Part shown: in pieces, positions 36,761 to 45,925 of the stretch
Layout: each line of letters starts with the position of its first letter
How positions within the stretch are numbered: position 1 is the first letter of the stretch
IMG/VR virus record: IMGVR_UViG_3300005529_000033
Location: 6,436-70,435 of that record
From: a virus
Length of the DNA: 64,000 bases
Reading direction: 5' to 3' (one strand)
Position numbers and translations under genes: made by a program
The notes under the pieces: generated by a model
Told to the model about the DNA's origin: nothing
What the model saw: the letters and a program-made list of their open reading frames with translations, nothing else
The model's database searches: none

Positions 36761-38455
36761 ATGACCCTGTACAACCTGTGCCCGAACCCGTCGTTCGAGG
36801 TCTCCGCCGACGGCTGGGCCGCCCTGGACGGTTCCGTCATCACCCAGACCGGCGTCACCGCCTGGTCCGGCCGGTACTGCGCCCTGATCACCACCGACGG
36901 CCTGGCCCCCGGCGAAGGAGTCCTCGGCCCGCCCGCCCAGTTCCTGGCCGCTTCCCCCGCCTCGGTCCAGCTGCGCCTGGCGGGCGAATCCGGCACCGTC
37001 ACCGTCCTGGTAGCCAAGAACCCCGGCGGCATCCTGCTCGCCGAGACCACCGTGCAGCTGGCTAACGACTGGCAGCTCATCACGTTCGGCGGCCTGGCCC
37101 TGGCCGCCAATGACGCCCTCTACGTCGCGATCCAGACCACCTCCGCGCAGGACCTGGCCTTCTACCTCGACGCGGTGATGTACGAGCCCGCCGCCGGACC
37201 GGACCCGTACTTCGACGGGGACTCCGCCGGCGCCTCCTGGACAGGCACCCCGGGCCTGTCCGCCTCGCAGCTGCCCCAGCCCGGCGCCCTGTCCCTGCAC
37301 GGCGGCATGTCCATGTCCGGGCACCTGCAGGTCATCGACCAGGGCGAGGTCTTCACCATCGCCCTGCCGTCCGGGCAGGCCACCATGTCCGGCGAGATCA
37401 CCGCGGTCACCGGCACCCCGCCACCCGGCGCCCTGGACGACTTCGCCTCCTGGGAAACCAGCACCGACGCCGACCCGGCGATGACCTACGTGACATGGAA
37501 CACCGCCGGGCTGGGCTCCGGCCACACCGGCTACACCCGGCCCTGGTGCGTCTTCTACCCGCCGCTGGACTACCCCACCTCAACCGGGACCAACCTGTGG
37601 AACCGGGCCGCGTTCGCCGCCGCCGGCATGCAGTTCGCCTCCGTCGGCGCCGGAGCCGCGCAGAACCTGACCTGCGTCCAGCTCGAGATGATGCCCCTGG
37701 CCGGCACCGGCAGCCTGGACCAGACCCCCGCCCCGTCGCCCTACGACCCGCCGCGGACCGTGCATACCACCGTCAAGGGGACCCGGATCAACTACGCGCA
37801 GAACCCCGCCTTCCAGGGAACCGGCATCTGGTCAGGCGCCGGGAACGGCACCCTGACGTACGACCCGCAGGTCACCTACCCGCTCGGCGGCGCCTTCGAC
37901 GGGCAGCCGCTGACCACCTTCACCCGGTCCGGGAAAGTCACCGTGCCCGCCGGGAACGGCGGGGCCGCCCAGCAGCTGGCCGGCCTGTTCACCGGGGACA
38001 CCTATACCGCCAGCATCTATGTCCGGCCCGGCGCCGGCATCGCCGACTTCCAGCTCACCGCCGGCTCCGGCGTCTCCGCCTCTATCGCGAACGCCAGCGG
38101 CGCTGACCTGACCGCGGGCACCTGGTACCGGGTCTTCGTCATCTTCAGGGCCCCCGCCCCCGGTGCCACCCTGGCCGTCACCGCCATCCCCGCCGCCGGC
38201 GCGCAGTATCCCGTCGCGTTCTGGTGCGGCCCGTGCCTCGTCGAAGCCGGCGACATCCTCGGCTCCTACTTCGACGGAAGCTTCAGCAACCCCGACTACA
38301 TGTGGGAGAACGGGTCAGTGCCGGGCCTGGGCCGTTCCTACTACTACGAGGACTACACAATCCAGCAGGCCGTCATCACCGACATCCTGTCCCGCCACAC
38401 CCCGCTGTCCATCACCTGGGCCCCGCCGTTATACGCGACCCTCCCGGCACAGTAA
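36761..38455 (+). CDS. minor tail protein
   Basis: NLCPNPSFE, YFDGD, R.NY..NP.F, YFDG..DYMWE motifs. Confidence 0.75.
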   Translation: MTLYNLCPNPSFEVSADGWAALDGSVITQTGVTAWSGRYCALITTDGLAPGEGVLGPPAQFLAASPASVQLRLAGESGTVTVLVAKNPGGILLAETTVQLANDWQLITFGGLALAANDALYVAIQTTSAQDLAFYLDAVMYEPAAGPDPYFDGDSAGASWTGTPGLSASQLPQPGALSLHGGMSMSGHLQVIDQGEVFTIALPSGQATMSGEITAVTGTPPPGALDDFASWETSTDADPAMTYVTWNTAGLGSGHTGYTRPWCVFYPPLDYPTSTGTNLWNRAAFAAAGMQFASVGAGAAQNLTCVQLEMMPLAGTGSLDQTPAPSPYDPPRTVHTTVKGTRINYAQNPAFQGTGIWSGAGNGTLTYDPQVTYPLGGAFDGQPLTTFTRSGKVTVPAGNGGAAQQLAGLFTGDTYTASIYVRPGAGIADFQLTAGSGVSASIANASGADLTAGTWYRVFVIFRAPAPGATLAVTAIPAAGAQYPVAFWCGPCLVEAGDILGSYFDGSFSNPDYMWENGSVPGLGRSYYYEDYTIQQAVITDILSRHTPLSITWAPPLYATLPAQ

Positions 38456-38665
38456 ACGCCCGCAGGGTCCAGGCAGTGCCTGCGGCGCGAGCCTGCGGGC
38501 TCACCCGTGACCACCCCGTCAGCGGGAGCACCGCAAGCTTAGCAGAAAGATGCTCCCGGCGGCCTTCGCTCCCGGAACGACGGGGAGTTGCTTCCGGGGG
38601 CCGCCGGGAGCGGGTGCGATAACATGGGGCTAACCAGTTATCTTGACACCGGTAAGCTTACCGTC

Positions 38666-39025
38666 ATGTTCTTACTCGTTGTCAACTCGCTGGCCGCTTA
38701 CACCGCCTGGGGGATCGTCAGCTCCCTCATCCCCGTCATCCGCCGCGGCCCGGCCACCTGGCGGCTGCCTTCCTGGCTCCGGGCCCTGGCCATCGCCGGC
38801 ATCGCCTTCGGGTTGCACGCCGCCCCTCCGCGCTACGTGCACGCGCTCGCCGCCGCCGCGATCGTGCTGTTCCTGGTCATGGCCGCGCTCAAGCTCGGCG
38901 CCGCCCTCCCCGAGCCGTATGAGATAATCCTGTCGGCACGCGGGAAGCATCCTGAACCCCAGGAGGCACGCGGGTATTCTCCGGCACGAAGCGGCCCCGG
39001 CCGCCGTGTCCCCCGTATCGACTGA
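38666..39025 (+). CDS. three-TM membrane protein (holin-like size)
   Basis: TAAGCT 7 nt upstream; three hydrophobic segments and basic tail. Confidence 0.55.
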   Translation: MFLLVVNSLAAYTAWGIVSSLIPVIRRGPATWRLPSWLRALAIAGIAFGLHAAPPRYVHALAAAAIVLFLVMAALKLGAALPEPYEIILSARGKHPEPQEARGYSPARSGPGRRVPRID

Positions 39026-39047
39026 CCAGCCCCAGGAGGAAACAAGC

Positions 39048-39890
39048 ATGAAGACATCTTTAGGACCGCCAGCCCCCGGCTCGATCCTGCTGTTCGCCGG
39101 ATCCGGCGACATCGACGAGCGCAACATGCACGCGCTGCTGTCCGGCTGGCTGCCGGAAGACCTGTCCTTAGAACCGCCGGTCATCCAGGCGGACATCCCC
39201 GCCGCCTGCCGCGGGCTGCGGAAAGTCCGCAAGTGGCTCGGGGATGAATTCCCCGACGGCGGCTTCGACACCGCCGACGACATAGCCGCGGTCATCCGCG
39301 ACCTGGAACCCGGTGAGATCTCCCGCGCGATCCTGGTCATGCTGTGGGGCTCCGACGGCGGCGATGAGCCCGCCGAGCAGCTCGTCGACCTCGCCATGCG
39401 CCGCGGCATCACCGTCCTGGATCTCGCCGACGGCCTGGACACCCTCGAGCTCGGCGACCGCAAGCCCGCAGAAGAACCGCAGGCCGCCCGGCGTACCCGC
39501 CGCAGCCGCGCGGAGACTCCCGCCAGCCGGGACAGCGAACCGCAGCAGCAGGCCGCGGGCGAGCCGTCACCCTGGGAACCGGACGCGCAGCCCGCCGCAC
39601 CGGGCCCTGAGACCGTCCGTGAATTCATCAGCCGGGTCGTCCGGGGGCTGCACGCCTTCGCTGACTCGCTCCAGGAACCGGCAGCCGCGCCGCCGTCCCA
39701 GCCGCCCATGATCGGCCGCCCGCGGACAGCCCCGGCGAAGAGCACCACGACCTGGCTGCAGAACCCGGACAACGAGAAAGAGTACAGGCCCCGGGGCCGC
39801 GGCCAGATCGGCCGGGCCTACAAGAACTGGCGTGAAGTCACCCTGACCGATGAGCAGGTCACCGCGCTCGGCCTGACCCCGCAGAAGTAA
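39048..39890 (+). CDS. hypothetical protein
   Basis: AGGAGG RBS; terminator hairpin at about 39905-39944. Confidence 0.65.
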   Translation: MKTSLGPPAPGSILLFAGSGDIDERNMHALLSGWLPEDLSLEPPVIQADIPAACRGLRKVRKWLGDEFPDGGFDTADDIAAVIRDLEPGEISRAILVMLWGSDGGDEPAEQLVDLAMRRGITVLDLADGLDTLELGDRKPAEEPQAARRTRRSRAETPASRDSEPQQQAAGEPSPWEPDAQPAAPGPETVREFISRVVRGLHAFADSLQEPAAAPPSQPPMIGRPRTAPAKSTTTWLQNPDNEKEYRPRGRGQIGRAYKNWREVTLTDEQVTALGLTPQK

Positions 39891-39956
39891 CCCGGAAGAA
39901 AAACGGCCCTGCGGCACCGATACCAGCCGGATTGCCGCAGGGCCGCGGAGGACCAT

Positions 39957-40436
39957 ATGCAAAGCAGGCCCCGGCAGCGGGCCTTACGGCACAAAGGCGA
40001 GGGACTGGACCGTCCCCCGCCTAAATTCGTGCTCATCTTCGAAGGCGCCCTCGGCATCCTCAGCCCCCTGGCGGAGCCCGCGTTCGCCCGTCACATGAAA
40101 GCCGGCGACTACCACCGGGCCCTGGATTCATGGGAACTGTCCGGCCTGGTCACCCGCGTCCTGATGGACCGGGTATGGCGCTACTCCCAGACCTGGTACA
40201 TCGTCACGTACCTGACCGCCGATGACGACTTCGCCGCAGCGCTCGGCGCTAAGCTCGACACCTGCGAGATCCCGTACAAGCAGGCCTGGGCGCTAGATCC
40301 AGGGGCTTTTGCCCGCCGGCTTATTGCTATGCCGGACATCATCCGCGTCTACGACCCGGACCCCGCGCGCACCGGCATCTACAGCCCCGCCGTCGGCCGG
40401 CTCCTGGCTGACCCCCGGCAGCTGGGTATCGTGTGA
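39957..40436 (+). CDS. hypothetical protein (possible degenerate HAD-like fold)
   Basis: GGAGG RBS; VLIFEG.LG. Confidence 0.6.
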   Translation: MQSRPRQRALRHKGEGLDRPPPKFVLIFEGALGILSPLAEPAFARHMKAGDYHRALDSWELSGLVTRVLMDRVWRYSQTWYIVTYLTADDDFAAALGAKLDTCEIPYKQAWALDPGAFARRLIAMPDIIRVYDPDPARTGIYSPAVGRLLADPRQLGIV

Positions 40437-40987
40437 CCGCAGCACGCCCGTACCCGCTTCCCTGATCTTCATCAGCTGCAAGATGGCGTTCACTGCGTCA
40501 AGCTCTCCGCGAGTCGCCTCGGTACCGGACAGCCTGCGCTCGATGCCGTAAGCAATCCGGCGCCTGACTTCCGAAGATATCCGCTGCAGATCGTCATGCA
40601 GGTCCCACCACATTGACTCATACGACGCGGCCGGTTGCGCCGCTGCCGCCGTATCCCCGCCCTCCTTGGTGCCGGCCTGCTGCTGTCCTGTCCCGCCCCT
40701 GGCATTCATGCCGCAGTTTCACCTCACGCAATTGCGTTTGATCTTGGACTGCTATGCATGCTAGCTGCGCCGACGCCTGTTGCACAAGGCCCGCAAGCCT
40801 GTGATAGCGTGACAGCCGTCCGCCAGTCCCGGCGGTTTTCCGGTGAAGAACACCCAACGGCCCATCCCCCCCGAGGCCGTTCCTGGGGTCCCCGGGAGAC
40901 GGCTGCTGGCGGCCCGGCCGGGAAGGAGGCGCGTAACCCAGTGACACCCAGAACGCCCCCTTCCCGGCCCCTGACCAGGAAGACCCC

Positions 40988-41254
40988 GTGAGCACCGTCG
41001 GCCGGAACCTCGGCCGCCTCCTGGGCGAACGGGGCATGACCGGCAATGAACTCGGCCAGCAGCTCGGGCACAAGACCGGCAGCTACGTCAGCGCCATCGT
41101 CTCCGGGCGCAAGCATCCCGGCCCCGGCATGATCGAGAAAATAGCCGCCGCGCTCGACGTCAGCCCCGCAAAGCTGACACAGGCTCCCGGCCCGGCACCG
41201 AAACCGGGCAAGTACCAGGCAACGGCAGCCGACCTGTTACAGAACCATCCCTAG
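40988..41254 (+). CDS. Cro/CI-type HTH protein
   Basis: RGMT..ELG..LG...SYVS.I..G...P....I.KIA.AL.V. Confidence 0.85.
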   Translation: MSTVGRNLGRLLGERGMTGNELGQQLGHKTGSYVSAIVSGRKHPGPGMIEKIAAALDVSPAKLTQAPGPAPKPGKYQATAADLLQNHP

Positions 41255-41701
41255 CACCCGCGACCAGCACCGCGGGCACGCGGGATATAAGCCATGCCGC
41301 CGGCTGGCAACCGGTGGGCGCCGTCAGACGGGCACGTCAAGCATGCGCCTGAGCTAGCCAGGTGCAACCCCGGCGCAAAGCAGCGGATGGTTAAGGCAGA
41401 ATCGGGCATCCCGTATGCTGGCAGCGCCGGGACGAGTGAAAGCTGGTGGACACGGAATACGGCACCACCGGTTAAACACCGCCTCGTCCCGGCTTCTACG
41501 CCAGGCTCTAGCGTGACCGCCCCGTCGTTCCTGGGCTCTCCCGGTGTCCCGCCCCGGTGATCCGGCTACCGCACGGCAGACCAGAAATAACCCGCCGGAT
41601 TATCCGGCGGGTTAAAACCATGCAGTGCTGCCCTCGCACAGGGGGCAGACCCCCAGCTCCCAGTAGCCGCCGGAACCGGAACCTGCTGCTAGCATCCGGC
41701 C

Positions 41702-41872
41702 ATGAGCAAGCACAAGATGCGCTGGAGACCCCGGATATACCGCACGGATAAAATGTTCGCCGCAAGACATCTCCGGCATTACCACGGCTTCCACTGGGAC
41801 ATCCAGCTCGGCACCTGGATCTTTACCACCAGGCCGTTCTCCTCGCGGAACCGCCGGCACGGCCTGGACTGA
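41702..41872 (+). CDS. small basic protein (56 aa, not in track)
   Basis: TAGCAT, 6 nt, ATG; MSKHKMRWRPRIY...GLD stop. Confidence 0.5.
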   Translation: MSKHKMRWRPRIYRTDKMFAARHLRHYHGFHWDIQLGTWIFTTRPFSSRNRRHGLD

Positions 41873-41986
41873 CCTGCTCCTGCCCTTCACCGCACGCGGG
41901 TGAGCGCCGCAGGCGCGGACCGCGATTCCCGCGCGAGCGCGGGAAGAACACCCAGCCCGCATGCATACGACGCTATGCTTACCGCC

Positions 41987-42223
41987 GTGAACCAGCCCAA
42001 GCTTGCACCTGACGAGATCCGCGCCGTCTTCTACGTGATGTTCTGGGAGGGCGAGACCTGGCTGTCCTGGTCTGCGTTCCTGGTTTTCCTCATCGCTATC
42101 CCCGTCGCCCTGTGGTACGGCCCCTGGTGGTGGTGGGCTCTCGCCGGGTCCGCGCTCGAAGGGACCCGGCGTCTCGGCTGCTGGTTCTTCCGGCCCGTAC
42201 CGCAGCGGAAACGGCGGGCGTAA
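41987..42223 (+). CDS. small Trp-rich membrane protein
   Basis: TATGCT, 7 nt, GTG; hydrophobic segments. Confidence 0.55.
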   Translation: MNQPKLAPDEIRAVFYVMFWEGETWLSWSAFLVFLIAIPVALWYGPWWWWALAGSALEGTRRLGCWFFRPVPQRKRRA

Positions 42224-42234
42224 GCTTACGGGCC

Positions 42235-42573
42235 ATGACCGACGACAAGATCATCTTCACCGTCGAGGGCGACACTCCTGAAGGGCGCAGGCTCGCGATG
42301 AGCTGTGCCGCCGCCGCTTCCGCCCTGGGCACGGCAGCCAGCGACTACGTGGCATACGTCAAGCGGTGCGCCGTGACCGGCAGCGTTCCCGTGCCGCGGG
42401 CAAGCCTCGAGCGCGCCGGGAAGATCATGAGCGTCCTCACCATGCTGATGGCAACCGGCGGGTCCATCACGGCCGTCAGCCCGCCCGGCGCCGACGAGCG
42501 GGCGCTGCAGGCCCTGGCCGAGGCAATCCCCCGGCCGGAGCAGGACAAGGACCCCGGACCCGGCAGGATTTGA
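42235..42573 (+). CDS. hypothetical protein
   Basis: TAAGCT, 8 nt, ATG. Confidence 0.55.
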   Translation: MTDDKIIFTVEGDTPEGRRLAMSCAAAASALGTAASDYVAYVKRCAVTGSVPVPRASLERAGKIMSVLTMLMATGGSITAVSPPGADERALQALAEAIPRPEQDKDPGPGRI

Positions 42574-42765
42574 CCATGCATAGGCGTCCTGCTAAATTCC
42601 GTGGCGAGGTAACCGGCCGCAAGCATGAGTTGCGCGTACCCCCCTTTCAGATAATGCAGCTATGCAACCGGTTGTTACCGCGGCAGGCCCTGCGGCCGTA
42701 AAGGTTCGGTCACCTCCCTGTGGTCCGGGGCCTGCCGCCTTCCCCAGTCCTCCAGGAGCACGCAC

Positions 42766-43152
42766 ATGCCACTCCCCGGTTTCACCCTGACGGAGTTCTA
42801 CGGGATCCGGTTCCGGCCCGGCCGCGCGAAAGATCCCGAATGCCCGGCTGTCCCGTACGCCCCGCTGAGACTGCTTGACAGCGGCGGCCTGGCGGCTATG
42901 GACGGCTACCTCGCCGGCCTGGGCTACGAAGGAGACGACCTCACCTGGCTCTGCTACGCCAGCCCGGACATCTACTGGGCCCTGGCCGTCACCGGGTCCG
43001 TCCGGGAGCCGGGAGCCGGGCCGTACCCCGAGAACGCGGTGAACCAGTGGGCCGGCAGCCTCGCGAGGGCCGCCTTCATCCTCGGCGTGCAGACCGCCCG
43101 CATGGACCAGTACCGGATGCACTGCCTCCGCAGCGAAGCCACCGCGACATGA
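42766..43152 (+). CDS. hypothetical protein
   Basis: AGGAG RBS. Confidence 0.6.
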   Translation: MPLPGFTLTEFYGIRFRPGRAKDPECPAVPYAPLRLLDSGGLAAMDGYLAGLGYEGDDLTWLCYASPDIYWALAVTGSVREPGAGPYPENAVNQWAGSLARAAFILGVQTARMDQYRMHCLRSEATAT

Positions 43153-43802
43153 CAGCAGGCCGCTACCTGCGCCCCGCCGAGATGGACGCCTTCCGGCTGC
43201 GGTTAGCCAGCTACGCCAGCACCTACCCCGACAGCGACTTCCTCGACAACGCGCGCTCCTACGCCGGATCCGGCCGCATCTTCACCCGCGAGAACGCCGC
43301 CAAGGTCGACGATGCCCTGCGCTCCTGGGAGACGCGCCTGAACGCCCCCCGATTCGACCCGGGCCGCTGCCCGCCCGGCCTGGACGAGCACACCTGGCAG
43401 CTCGCCGTCCTGCTCCGCGAGCGCATCGAGCTATCCGGCTGGCCCTGCAAGTCCCTCCGCATCGCCTACGCCGAGCTCGGCCGCCTCATCGCCCGCGACG
43501 GCCTGCGCCAGGACCACGCCCCCTGGCGCGACGACCCCGGCGCCCCCGGCTGGCACCGGATGCTCGCCGCTGTCATCATCCATTACACCGATCACGAGGT
43601 CAGCGAGCAGAACGCCTGGTACGCCGCCGAGGACCTGGCCCAGCCCGGCACCGTGGCCCGCATCCGCGGCTACCTCGCCGACCAGGCTAAGCTCGGGGTC
43701 CTGGACCAGCACGCCCAGCCCGCCAACACGCGCGTCCCGACACCCGAGCGCCGGGCCCAGGTCGCCTCATACATACAGAGCCGCAAGAAGGTCAAGCCAT
43801 GA
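43149..43802 (+). CDS. hypothetical protein upstream of helicase
   Basis: ATGA overlaps at both ends; GC3-rich frame. Confidence 0.6.
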   Translation: MTAGRYLRPAEMDAFRLRLASYASTYPDSDFLDNARSYAGSGRIFTRENAAKVDDALRSWETRLNAPRFDPGRCPPGLDEHTWQLAVLLRERIELSGWPCKSLRIAYAELGRLIARDGLRQDHAPWRDDPGAPGWHRMLAAVIIHYTDHEVSEQNAWYAAEDLAQPGTVARIRGYLADQAKLGVLDQHAQPANTRVPTPERRAQVASYIQSRKKVKP

Positions 43803-43996
43803 CACAGCGCGTGATCGTAGGTCTCGGAGGCGACTGCGAATACTCCGAGGGCGAGCCGCATCCATGCGTGACGTTCGTCGTAGCCGGCCCGGAAGACTGG
43901 AAGGAACGCGCGAGACTGATGGAGTTCTTCAAGGCACAGGGATTCCTGCCGCATCAGATGATCGTAGACGAAGCCAGCTTCTGGCAGAACCTGTAG
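43799..43996 (+). CDS. hypothetical protein
   Basis: ATGA overlap. Confidence 0.5.
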   Translation: MTQRVIVGLGGDCEYSEGEPHPCVTFVVAGPEDWKERARLMEFFKAQGFLPHQMIVDEASFWQNL

Positions 43997-44002
43997 GCGG
44001 TC

Positions 44003-45307
44003 ATGGACATCGGTAAGCACGTCATCGCCCGCGCGTTAGCCGACCAGACCGTCCGGCCCTTCACCGAGGCCGGCATGACCGCCGCCTGGCTGGACCTCGA
44101 CGAGTCCGCCGCCGTCTTCGAGGGCACCACGGCCCGCGCCTGGCGGTTCCTGCTGAACCACGCCGACCGGCACGGCCGCGTTCCCGGCACCGAGCTGTTC
44201 CGCCGCGAGTTCCCCGAAGCCGGCTTCCGGTTACCCGCCGACCCGCTGCTCGCCTCCGAGCTAGCCGAGATCGCCGTCACCGAGACCCGCCGCGTCGTCA
44301 TCCAGTCCGCCCAGGCCGCCGTCCAGGACGTCTTCACCCGCACCGATTTCACCCAGGGCGACGTCAAGTCCGTCGACGAGGCCGCCGGGATCATCCGCGA
44401 CGCCGCCGCCCGCTTAGCCGAGGGCCTGCGCCCGGTCTCCCAGCTGCTCAACCTCACCGACCCCATCGACCGGGACGCCTGGCTCGCCGAGCGCCTCGAG
44501 CGCGGCGCCCCCTTCGGCATCGGCGGGGTAGACGACGACTTCTGGGGCATCCAGCCCGGTCATCTCATCGCCCTGGTCGGCCGCCAGAAGTCCACCAAGA
44601 CATTCCTGCTGCTCAACTCCGCCGTCCAGGCGTGGATGGAAGGCTGGGACGTCCTGTTCTACACGTTCGAGATGGGCGCCCGCGAGATCGCCGACCGGGC
44701 CTACGCCCTCGGCGCCCACGTCAACCCGGAGGCCATCCGCCGCCGCGACCTCGGCAAGCCCCAGCGCCGCAAGCTCGAGGACTTCCTCGACGCCCTGGAG
44801 AAAGACCCGGATGCCGGCGATAACTTCCGCATCTCCGAAGGCTCCGGCGCGTTCACCCTGGACGACCTCAATGCCGACATCACCCGGTACGACCCGCACA
44901 TGGTCTACGTCGACGGCGCCTACTTCATCATCGACCGGCACACGAAGAAGGCGTCCGGCGCCGACTGGGTAGCCGGGGAGAACGTCGCCCGCGAGCTCAA
45001 GACCGCCGCCCGTGCCCACGGCGTGGGCCTGGTCTGCTCCACCCAGGCCCAGGAGAAGCAGCACAACCACTCCAAGTCAGGCATCGAGGGCCGCACCATG
45101 CTCGGCGGCACCGGCCTGCTCCGCACCTCCGACCTGGTGATGGGAGCCGACATGGACCAGGCCACCCGCGTCCTGACCCTCAACTGCGTCATGTCCCGCT
45201 ACGCTCACGTCCAGACCCGCAAGTACCGGTGGGACTGGGATAGCATGATCCTTTCCGGCGCCTCCGACGCCGACCTCGAAGCCGATATCGCGGAGATGGG
45301 CATATGA
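44003..45307 (+). CDS. dnaB: DnaB-like replicative helicase
   Basis: GIQPG.LI...GRQKSTKT (variant Walker A), FEM, VYVDG, ELK..A, STQ, SD.V. Confidence 0.85.
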   Translation: MDIGKHVIARALADQTVRPFTEAGMTAAWLDLDESAAVFEGTTARAWRFLLNHADRHGRVPGTELFRREFPEAGFRLPADPLLASELAEIAVTETRRVVIQSAQAAVQDVFTRTDFTQGDVKSVDEAAGIIRDAAARLAEGLRPVSQLLNLTDPIDRDAWLAERLERGAPFGIGGVDDDFWGIQPGHLIALVGRQKSTKTFLLLNSAVQAWMEGWDVLFYTFEMGAREIADRAYALGAHVNPEAIRRRDLGKPQRRKLEDFLDALEKDPDAGDNFRISEGSGAFTLDDLNADITRYDPHMVYVDGAYFIIDRHTKKASGADWVAGENVARELKTAARAHGVGLVCSTQAQEKQHNHSKSGIEGRTMLGGTGLLRTSDLVMGADMDQATRVLTLNCVMSRYAHVQTRKYRWDWDSMILSGASDADLEADIAEMGI

Positions 45308-45510
45308 CAGCCGTCGAACTCACGGTTGACCAGGCCCGTTACCTGTCTGTCCTGGCCGCCGGCGACATCATGAGTGACGTCCAGAGGGGCATCACCAAGC
45401 TTGCGGGCAGGCATGCAGGAGCCTGGGAAGCGCTCCAGCCGGCATGTGAATGGACACCACTGGACGACGGCGAACCGCAGTCCGCCGACATCGGGGAGAT
45501 GGGCACATGA
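45304..45510 (+). CDS. small hypothetical protein
   Basis: ATGA overlap; flanked by 27-bp direct repeat. Confidence 0.55.
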   Translation: MTAVELTVDQARYLSVLAAGDIMSDVQRGITKLAGRHAGAWEALQPACEWTPLDDGEPQSADIGEMGT

Positions 45511-45710
45511 TCAACGAGACGCGCTGGAAGAGGCTTGATCTCAGCGGCCGGATGACCGGCGGCCTCGGCGGGGACGACGCGATCCGTGCGATAGACGCGG
45601 CCCTGCACGGCGAGACTGTCCTTGTCCGCATCGACGGCAGGGCCGTGGTCGTCGTCCCGTTCTCTGACTTCCCCGGGTCTGGTGCAGACGGCACGGAGGC
45701 GGACACATGA
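45507..45710 (+). CDS. small hypothetical protein
   Basis: ATGA overlap, GGAG RBS. Confidence 0.5.
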   Translation: MINETRWKRLDLSGRMTGGLGGDDAIRAIDAALHGETVLVRIDGRAVVVVPFSDFPGSGADGTEADT

Positions 45711-45925
45711 AGCTATGGCTGCCGTACTGGGGCAAGACCCCCAGAGGCGCCCGCCTCGTCTTCGCTGACGGCCTGGCCATCCTCTGCGGCATGCTCCGCG
45801 ACGAGACCCTCGACGGCGAAACGCCCGTCCCGGACGATCACTGCGGCCAGGCAGCCGAGCTCAGGCTGAAGACCCGGCCCCGCAGGACCCGGATGCAGAT
45901 GTACTTCACCGAGGACGGCACATGA
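45707..45925 (+). CDS. small hypothetical protein
   Basis: ATGA overlap, GGAGG RBS. Confidence 0.5.
   Translation: MKLWLPYWGKTPRGARLVFADGLAILCGMLRDETLDGETPVPDDHCGQAAELRLKTRPRRTRMQMYFTEDGT

Noticed and set aside
36782-36799. SOS box-like CGAAC...GTTCG
   Set aside because: Spacer is 5 nt, not 4, and it lies within the NPSFE coding motif
32485-38455. Diversity-generating retroelement or invertible tail-fibre cassette
   Set aside because: No reverse transcriptase, TR/VR pair or inverted fibre-tip copies visible in the window
40293-40709. Minus-strand 138-aa ORF
   Set aside because: Possibly real, but it overlaps the end of 39957-40436, its start is uncertain and it has no recognisable motif
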